NCBI GenBank assembly: GCA_037380845.1
Contig: JARRRI010000021.1
Span: 1-22,998 of the forward strand
Direction: 5' to 3'
From: Candidatus Sulfobium sp.
GTDB lineage: Bacteria; Nitrospirota; Thermodesulfovibrionia; Thermodesulfovibrionales; UBA6898
DNA length: 22,998 nt
A program made the translations under genes and the position numbers. Positions 16,907 to 22,998 of this stretch are shown here, one piece after another (the stretch's first letter is position 1; every line of letters begins with the position of its first letter). The notes below the pieces were generated by a model. It saw only the letters and a list, made by a program, of their open reading frames with translations. It had not been told where the DNA came from and ran no database searches.

Positions 16907-19483
16907 TCAAAATTTTATTTTTTCCCTGAGCTCGATGATCTTCCGGAGAGCGTCTTCCGGTGTCAGGCTGTCAGCGTCGAGGTTCATAAGTTCATTCACC
17001 ACTGAATCGTTGATCGACGAGAACAGATCCAGCTGCTCCTTCTTCTTTCTGGTCTTTTTCCTGGCGAGCTTCGGCGTTCCCGTCTCACTGAGTTCTTCGT
17101 TCTCAAGGTTGTGGAGGACTTCTTTTGCGCGGGCGATGATGCTGTCGGGGATGCCTGCGAGCCGCGCCACCTGGATGCCGTAACTCTTGTCCGCCGGTCC
17201 CTCTTCTATCTTTCTCAGAAAAATTATTTCATCACCCCATTCCCTCACCGACACGTTATAGTTTCTTACGCCGTCAAGATCAAGGGCCAGCTCCGTGAGC
17301 TCGTTATAGTGGGTGGCGAAGAGTGTGCGCGCCCTGATGCCGTTCACAATGTGTTCAGCCAGGGCCCATGCTATGCTGATACCGTCAAAGGTACTCGTCC
17401 CCCTTCCCACTTCATCCAGAAGGATAAGGCTTCTGGATGTGGCGTTATTGACAATGTTCGCGGCCTCGATCATTTCCACCATGAAGGTACTCTGCCCCTC
17501 CGACAAAAAATCCGAGGCACCTATTCTCGTGAATATACGGTCTGCTATCCCGATGGTTGCAGATGCCGCGGGCACAAAGCCGCCCATCTGGGCCATTAAA
17601 ACGATCAAGGCAACCTGTCTCATATAGGTGGACTTTCCGGCCATATTGGGGCCGGTAAGCACGTGCAGCATGCTGTCCTGACTATCGATCAGGGTGCTGT
17701 TCGGAATAAACCGCTCTCCGGGCAGGACACGTTCAAGGACCGGATGTCTCCCGTCGACGATCTCGTCGGCGCCTTCCTCGGTAACCGCGGGCCGCACGTA
17801 ATTATGGCGCTTTGCCACTACGGCAAGGGACGCGAGGAAATCGATCGCCGCCAGAACATCGGAGGCCATCGAAAGGCGCCCCGTATACTCCTGGACTGAT
17901 TCAAGGACCTGTCTGAATACTTCATATTCGAGGCTCTTGAGCCTCTCCTCGGCGCCAAGCACCTTATTTTCATAATCCTTGAGCTCCGGGGTTGTGAACC
18001 TCTCGCTGCCGACAAGGGTCTGCTTCCTGACATAGTCGTCGGGGACCATATCCAGATTCGACTTTGTCACCTCGATGTAGTACCCAAAAACCCTGTTGTA
18101 GCCGATCTTCAGAGAAGATATACCGGTCCTCTTCTTCTCCCTGAGTTCCATCTCAGCGATAAAGTCCCTGCTGCGCGTCGAGATATTCCTGAGTTCGTCG
18201 ACTTCATCGTGAAACTTCTCCTTTATGATGCCGCCCTCCCTTACACTGAATGGCGGGCTGTCTGCGATACTTCTCGCGATCAGGTCGCCCAGCAGCGAGA
18301 AATCGGGTATATCCTCAGGCAAAGACTTCAGCCCGGGTTCACGGGCAGAAGAAAGGGCAGACTTAATGCCCGGAAGCTCCGAAAGAGAATTTCTTATTGC
18401 CGCCAGGTCTCTGGCATTGGCGCTGCCGGACGTGACCCTCGAAGAGAGCCGCTCAAGGTCCTGGACCTTCCTTAGTGAGCTCCGGAGCGCCTCAAGAAGT
18501 TCGAAGTCATATACAAGATAGTCCAGCGCCTCATGCCTCTTCCTGATTTCGGAAAGATCCACCAGCGGTCTGAGAAGCGCCGATCTCAGGAATCTTCCAC
18601 CCATCGACGTCAGAGTTTCATCCATGACCCCGATCAATGTGCCCTCCCTGGAACCGTCCTTCAGGTTCCGGGTCAACTCCAGATTGCGCTGAGTGGAAGC
18701 ATCTATAAACATGTAAGAGGCTTGTTTGAGAGTAGTGATCTTCCTGAATGAAAGTGTTTCCTTCTGAGTGTTTTTCAGGTAGGCAAGAAGGGCGCCGGCT
18801 GAAGAAATCGCCGCGGTCAGCCCCTCGCATCCGTATCCTTCGAGCGAGGAGACCTGAAAATAGCCTAGCAGAGTCCTGTAGGCCTCCGGATAGTCGAAAT
18901 ACCAGTCCTCTACCGTCGACACGAAGAGTCCCGACAGGGCTTCGCTGTAATGAATATTTTCTCCGACGCCCCCGGGCAGAAGTACCTCCCTGGGCTCGAA
19001 CCTGCTGACCTCGTCTTCTATGTCTTCACCCGTCTCAAAAAGTATGAATTCGCCGGTAGAGATATCTGCTGCCGCAATGCCGTGCTTGTCACCCGAAGGG
19101 AAAATGCTGACGATGAAATTGTTTTCTTTAGGGTTTTCGGGCGCATGCGTGCCCGGCGTAATTACCTTTACGACCTCCCTGGCAACAATCCCCTTGGCCT
19201 CCCTGGGGTCTTCCATCTGTTCGCAGACAGCCACTTTCTGTCCTGCCCTTATCAGTCGGGCGATATAGGACTCGGAGGCAAAATAGGGCACGCCGCACAT
19301 GGGTATGGGATTGTCTTTAGCTTTTTCCCGGGTAGTAAGGGCAATCTGAAGGATCTTCGACGCCTTTTCCGCATCCTCGCCGAACATCTCATAGAAGTCT
19401 CCGAGCCTGAAGAGCACGACGGCGTCAGGGTATCTCTCTTTTATACCAAAATACTGCTTCATCAGGGGTGTAAGATCGGACAT
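16907..19483 (-). CDS. mutS: DNA mismatch repair protein MutS
   Basis: Motifs TPLMKQY, FRLGDFYEMF, PMCGVP, GRHPV, Walker A GPNMAGKST, STFMVEM, DEVGRGTST, FATHY and SYGIQVARLAG. Confidence 0.98.
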   Translation of the reverse strand: MSDLTPLMKQYFGIKERYPDAVVLFRLGDFYEMFGEDAEKASKILQIALTTREKAKDNPIPMCGVPYFASESYIARLIRAGQKVAVCEQMEDPREAKGIVAREVVKVITPGTHAPENPKENNFIVSIFPSGDKHGIAAADISTGEFILFETGEDIEDEVSRFEPREVLLPGGVGENIHYSEALSGLFVSTVEDWYFDYPEAYRTLLGYFQVSSLEGYGCEGLTAAISSAGALLAYLKNTQKETLSFRKITTLKQASYMFIDASTQRNLELTRNLKDGSREGTLIGVMDETLTSMGGRFLRSALLRPLVDLSEIRKRHEALDYLVYDFELLEALRSSLRKVQDLERLSSRVTSGSANARDLAAIRNSLSELPGIKSALSSAREPGLKSLPEDIPDFSLLGDLIARSIADSPPFSVREGGIIKEKFHDEVDELRNISTRSRDFIAEMELREKKRTGISSLKIGYNRVFGYYIEVTKSNLDMVPDDYVRKQTLVGSERFTTPELKDYENKVLGAEERLKSLEYEVFRQVLESVQEYTGRLSMASDVLAAIDFLASLAVVAKRHNYVRPAVTEEGADEIVDGRHPVLERVLPGERFIPNSTLIDSQDSMLHVLTGPNMAGKSTYMRQVALIVLMAQMGGFVPAASATIGIADRIFTRIGASDFLSEGQSTFMVEMIEAANIVNNATSRSLILLDEVGRGTSTFDGISIAWALAEHIVNGIRARTLFATHYNELTELALDLDGVRNYNVSVREWGDEIIFLRKIEEGPADKSYGIQVARLAGIPDSIIARAKEVLHNLENEELSETGTPKLARKKTRKKKEQLDLFSSINDSVVNELMNLDADSLTPEDALRKIIELREKIKF

Positions 19484-19546
19484 CACACCTATTAAATAAT
19501 ATCGGATAGTGAAAGTTCAACCTTGATATTTTGTAGCCGTGATTTC

Positions 19547-19576
19547 TTGACTTATCTCCGAAAATATCTTTATACT
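19547..19576 (+). promoter_or_regulatory. Candidate sigma70 promoter for yceD-rpmF-plsX-fabH
   Basis: TTGACT (19547-19552), an 18-nt spacer and TATACT (19571-19576) in the AT-rich divergent intergenic region. Confidence 0.6.
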
Positions 19577-19602
19577 GTAAGACATTCCCCGGTTTCACCG
19601 AC

Positions 19603-20112
19603 ATGAAGATATTGATAGCGGATATTCCGGACGAAGGTCTGGAAATAGATTTGGAGGAGAAAATAGAGACAGAAGATGCAACTCTGTTTTCTCCGGTTTT
19701 CGGACATCTCGAGGTTAACAGGACAGGAGATGAGATAGAGGTCAGGGGCGGCCTGCATGCGGAGCTTGGGCTCCGGTGCAGCAGGTGTCTCAAGGATTTT
19801 GAACGCAGGATCGATATTCCGGTGAGCGCGGTATATCTCCCTGTAGAAGACTCCTCTGCCGGACGCCATGCGCTCAGGGACGACGAAATGGATACGGGCT
19901 TCTACAAGGGAGAGGAACTCGATCTGCACGATCTCGTCAGGGAACAGGTTCTCCTTAACATACAGATAAAACCCCTTTGCAGCGAATCCTGCAAAGGACT
20001 CTGTCCGAAGTGCGGCGCAGACCTGAATACGGAAACATGCAGTTGTGTTACGAAGGAAATTGATCCCAGGCTGGAAGTTTTGAAGAATTTTCTGGAAAAA
20101 CGAAAGGAGTAG
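19603..20112 (+). CDS. yceD: YceD/DUF177 family protein (large ribosomal subunit accumulation)
   Basis: Motifs CSRCL, LDL..LVREQVLL and PLCSESCKGLCPKCGADLN...C.C...DPRL. It lies directly upstream of rpmF. Confidence 0.93.
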   Translation: MKILIADIPDEGLEIDLEEKIETEDATLFSPVFGHLEVNRTGDEIEVRGGLHAELGLRCSRCLKDFERRIDIPVSAVYLPVEDSSAGRHALRDDEMDTGFYKGEELDLHDLVREQVLLNIQIKPLCSESCKGLCPKCGADLNTETCSCVTKEIDPRLEVLKNFLEKRKE

Positions 20113-20117
20113 AAGAA

Positions 20118-20300
20118 TTGGCAAATCCCACGCACAGACATTCGAGGTCAAGACGGGACAAGAGAAGGGCTAACTGGAAAGGCCAGCGCCCGAACCTTAA
20201 TGAGTGTCCCGAATGCAAGGAAATGAAGCTGCCGCACAGAGCGTGCCCCGGCTGCGGTACCTATAACGGCCACAAGGTTCTCGAGATAATCGAAAAATAG
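20118..20300 (+). CDS. rpmF: 50S ribosomal protein L32 (zinc-ribbon form)
   Basis: MANPTHRHSRSRRDKRR, CPEC...HRACPGCGTY. TTG start with AAGGAG upstream. Confidence 0.96.
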   Translation: MANPTHRHSRSRRDKRRANWKGQRPNLNECPECKEMKLPHRACPGCGTYNGHKVLEIIEK

Positions 20301-20302
20301 AA

Positions 20303-21193
20303 ATGAGAGTCGCTCTTGACGCTATGGGAGGAGACCATGCTCCGTCTGTAAATGTTGAGGGGGCGGTTGAAACGGTTAACGAGCATGAAGACATCGAGGT
20401 CACCCTTGTCGGCAACAGCGAACTGATAAAGAAGGAGCTCGACAACAAACGTTTCCCCGGCGGCCGTATCCTGTTGCTGCACGCCTCCCAGGTAGTCGAG
20501 TTGAACGAGTCCCCTGCGGCCGCGCTGCGGACCGCGCCGGGAGTGGACAGACCGGCGATAGCCGCCATAATGCCGACGATAAGGGACACCTTCGTGCTCC
20601 TCGACGCGGGAGCGAACGTGGACTGCAAACCCGAAAACCTCCTGGAGTTTGCCCTGATGGGCAATACTTACTGCAAGCTTGTGCTGGGCAGGCCCGAGCC
20701 GAAGGTCGCTCTTCTCAGTATCGGCGAAGAGGACACCAAGGGCAACGAACTGACGAAAGAGGCCTTCAAGCTTATCAGGAAGACAAAAATAAACTTCATC
20801 GGAAACATAGAGGGGAAAGACATCTTTACGGGCCGTGCCGATGTTGTGGTCTGCGACGGATTTATAGGGAATATCGCTTTGAAGATAAGCGAGGGGCTCG
20901 CGGAAACGGTGCTGAGAATGCTGAAAAGGGAAATCACTTCGGTATCCACCGGGAGGGTCGGCTATCTTCTTATGAAACCTGCCATACGCAACTTCAAGAA
21001 GAGAACCGATTATGACGAATACGGAGGAGCTCCCCTCCTGGGAATCAACGGCGTCTCCATAATAAGCCATGGCCGGTCCTCGGCGAAGGCGATCAGAAAC
21101 GCACTCCAGGTCGCGGCGGACTTCGCAGCAAAGAAGGTTCCGGAGGCCATCTCCAGGGACATTGAATACAATCTGGGAGAGACAGGGAAATAA
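20303..21193 (+). CDS. plsX: Phosphate acyltransferase PlsX with an apparent in-frame internal deletion (possibly non-functional)
   Basis: Motifs ALDAMGGDHAP, GVDRPAI, LLDAGAN, IGEEDTKG, GNIEG, CDGFIGNIALK, YGGAPLLG and HGRS. It is only 296 aa and lacks the KKxSS...SAGNxGA segment. Confidence 0.9.
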   Translation: MRVALDAMGGDHAPSVNVEGAVETVNEHEDIEVTLVGNSELIKKELDNKRFPGGRILLLHASQVVELNESPAAALRTAPGVDRPAIAAIMPTIRDTFVLLDAGANVDCKPENLLEFALMGNTYCKLVLGRPEPKVALLSIGEEDTKGNELTKEAFKLIRKTKINFIGNIEGKDIFTGRADVVVCDGFIGNIALKISEGLAETVLRMLKREITSVSTGRVGYLLMKPAIRNFKKRTDYDEYGGAPLLGINGVSIISHGRSSAKAIRNALQVAADFAAKKVPEAISRDIEYNLGETGK

Positions 21194-21194
21194 G

Positions 21195-22175
21195 ATGTTG
21201 AGAGGCAGGATATTATCTACCGGTTCGTATGTCCCGGAAAATGTCATCACCAACCGGGACATCGAAAAGATCGTCGATACATCCGATGAATGGATAACAG
21301 AGAGGACGGGCATAAGGGAGCGCAGGTCGGTGAACGGCGACCAGGCTTCCTCCGACCTCGCCTTCGAGGCGGCGAGAAATGCGCTGAAGAGGGCGGGTCT
21401 CAAGCCCGGAGACATCGACCTTATCATTGTAGCCACCATCACGGGTGACATGCCCTTCCCCTCCACTGCCTGTTTTCTTCAGAGCCGGCTGGGGGCAAAA
21501 AACGCAGCCGCCTTCGATATCAATGCCACTTGCTCTGGTTTTATCTACGGTCTGCACGTGGCAAACGGCCTCATCAAATCCGGCCTTCACAAGAGGATCC
21601 TGCTGGCGGGGGCGGAATCCCTCACCAAAGTCACGGACTGGCAGGACAGGTCTACCTGTGTGCTTTTCGGAGATGGAGCCGGCGCAGTAGTAATCGAAGC
21701 GACCACCGAAAAAAAGGGCATATATGCCACACATATACACTCCGACGGTAATTTATCCGATCTGATAGCCCTGCCCGGCGGGGGATCGCGCAATCCGAGT
21801 TCGCGGGAGACGATTCTCAAACGGCTTCATTATATCAAGATGAAGGGCAATGAAACCTTCAAGGTGGCGGTGAGGACGCTTGAGGAACTTGCCGAAAAGA
21901 CACTCGCGGACAGTAAGCTGGACCCTTCGCAGCTCTCCCTTCTTATACCCCATCAGGCGAACCTCAGGATCATTCAGGCAACTGCAAAAAGGCTGAAGCT
22001 GCCGATGGAAAAAGTGTTCGTCAACATCGAGAAATACGGCAATACCTCCGCGGCGTCCGTAGCTATCGCTCTCGACGAGGCAGTCCGGGCAGGCAGGGTC
22101 AAAGACGGTGACTACATCCTGCTCGAAGCATTCGGAGGTGGTCTCACCTGGGCCTCTTCCCTGATAAGATGGTAG
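21195..22175 (+). CDS. fabH: 3-oxoacyl-ACP synthase III
   Basis: Motifs DTSDEWITERTGI, catalytic Cys (ATCSGF), LFGDGAGA, His (PHQAN), Asn (YGNTSAAS) and FGGGLTW. ATG 21195 follows the plsX stop. Confidence 0.97.
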   Translation: MLRGRILSTGSYVPENVITNRDIEKIVDTSDEWITERTGIRERRSVNGDQASSDLAFEAARNALKRAGLKPGDIDLIIVATITGDMPFPSTACFLQSRLGAKNAAAFDINATCSGFIYGLHVANGLIKSGLHKRILLAGAESLTKVTDWQDRSTCVLFGDGAGAVVIEATTEKKGIYATHIHSDGNLSDLIALPGGGSRNPSSRETILKRLHYIKMKGNETFKVAVRTLEELAEKTLADSKLDPSQLSLLIPHQANLRIIQATAKRLKLPMEKVFVNIEKYGNTSAASVAIALDEAVRAGRVKDGDYILLEAFGGGLTWASSLIRW

Positions 22176-22292
22176 CCGGTTATCCTTAAAACGGCAACCA
22201 TTCTCGCCAGGGCGCAAAGACCGCGGGTAAATATGACTACTTGTGAAGGCAGCCAGACGTTGGGCTGCAAACAGCTTTGCATTTCAGGTTCA

Positions 22293-22450
22293 TCATTCCC
22301 GAAGCAGTAACCGGGTCGAAGCGACTCTCAGCGAAGTCGTAGCGGCCCTGCGCGGAGACCCGCTTCGGGACTCGCATCGAGAATCCATGTTTTCAGACAG
22401 CCTGGACGCCTGCCTGCCGGCAGGCGGGGCGACCAGGACTTCCGGGGCAC
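22293..22450. repeat. REP-like extragenic palindromic element with nested palindromic inserts
   Basis: ATTCCCGA (22295-22302) pairs 7/8 with TCGAGAAT (22377-22384), and TCCA pairs with TGGA. A perfect 14-bp palindrome GCCTGCCGGCAGGC (22412-22425) is enclosed by CCTGG/CCAGG. It lies between convergent genes. Copy number cannot be seen in one window. Confidence 0.55.
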
Positions 22451-22451
22451 T

Positions 22452-22472
22452 AAGGCTGAAAAAAGCCTTTTT
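22452..22472 (+). terminator. Possible intrinsic terminator between convergent fabH and DedA genes
   Basis: AAGGCT-GAAAAA-AGCCTT hairpin followed by a short T-run. Confidence 0.4.
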
Positions 22473-22485
22473 GACGAATAAGTAA

Positions 22486-22998
22486 TTATTCCTTCTTTTT
22501 ATTCTTTCTCGCCGACCTTATATGCCACATCCGGAAGAGCCTGTTGAGCTTGTCCTTGTATAACATCGAAAAAAATATGATCACCACCCCTATCCCGAAG
22601 AGGATGAAAAAGCGGTAATACTGATGGTGCCGGACGAAGGAGCCGCCCAGCGTGATCAGGACGGTTCCCAGAAACCTCCCCACAGTGCTGATAACGAGAA
22701 ATTCCTTCGTGCTGAGATGTCCGAGACCCAGGATATAGCACAACAGGTCTTTGGGCATGCCGGGAATGAGGAAGAGAAGGAACACGAGAAAGGCGCCCTT
22801 GTGATGGAGGAGATAGTCGTATTTATCCAGGGTCTCCTTCCTTACAAACCTTTCCACGAAGGGCCTTCCGAATATTCGGGACAGCGCGAAAGCTCCCCAG
22901 GAACCCAGTGTCAGGCCAACAGTTGACAGAAAGATACCGAGGACAGGACCATACAGGTAGCCCCCGATGAACCCTGTCACTTCCCCCGGTATCGGCGC
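22486..22998 (-). CDS. TVP38/TMEM64 (DedA, SNARE-associated) family membrane protein; 5' end lies outside the window
   Basis: The frame is open to the window edge (APIPGEVTGFIGGYLYG). It has GLTLGS..AF.LSR.FGRP, LFLIPGMPKDLLCYILGL and several hydrophobic segments. Confidence 0.88.
   Translation of the reverse strand, partial: APIPGEVTGFIGGYLYGPVLGIFLSTVGLTLGSWGAFALSRIFGRPFVERFVRKETLDKYDYLLHHKGAFLVFLLFLIPGMPKDLLCYILGLGHLSTKEFLVISTVGRFLGTVLITLGGSFVRHHQYYRFFILFGIGVVIIFFSMLYKDKLNRLFRMWHIRSARKNKKKE

Noticed and set aside
20261..21466. 401-aa minus-strand ORF opposite plsX/fabH, and similar shadow ORFs opposite ftsH, eno, lpdA and mutS
   Set aside because: They fully overlap conserved genes and have no recognisable domain. 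Such frames are expected in GC-rich coding DNA.
22243..22485. 80-aa + strand ORF, or a tRNA/6S-type RNA, between fabH and DedA
   Set aside because: The ORF runs through palindromic repeat sequence. There is no T-loop (GTTCRA) cloverleaf or 6S-like long central-bulge hairpin.
1..22998. Genome-wide stop-codon reassignment (TGA or TAG) as an explanation for the two internal stops
   Set aside because: TGA ends rph, eno, gcvH and mutS at their expected C-termini. TAG ends GH57, lpdA, yceD, rpmF and fabH. Both codons function as stops in this window.
1..22998. CRISPR array, transposase, integrase, prophage or defence genes
   Set aside because: I saw no regularly spaced repeats or matching protein motifs. 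Nearly all coding space is explained by housekeeping genes.

Overview
This is mostly a core housekeeping window from a moderately GC-rich bacterium; gene content suggests Nitrospirota (Thermodesulfovibrionia-like) or a related lineage, which is inference only. Gene order: partial REC-PilZ response regulator (+), isoaspartyl peptidase/asparaginase (-), an AMIN/Amidase_3-GerMN-murI-rph cluster, ftsH-folP, and a lipoprotein (+). A long minus-strand run follows: mutS, gcvH-lpdA, a 467-aa unknown protein, eno-ftsB-GH57-RlmI-like methyltransferase. The window ends with yceD-rpmF-plsX-fabH (+), a nested palindromic REP-like element, and a partial DedA/TVP38 gene (-). I see no CRISPR array, tRNA, rRNA, transposase or defence system. 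The most unusual signals are lesions in otherwise intact genes: an in-frame TGA in the amidase linker, an in-frame TAG near the end of the lipoprotein, an in-frame deletion of about 40 aa from the conserved core of PlsX at a near-tandem repeat, and several substitutions at normally conserved motif positions. These could reflect real decay, site-specific readthrough, or consensus errors. I cannot support a clearly novel multi-gene system from the sequence alone.
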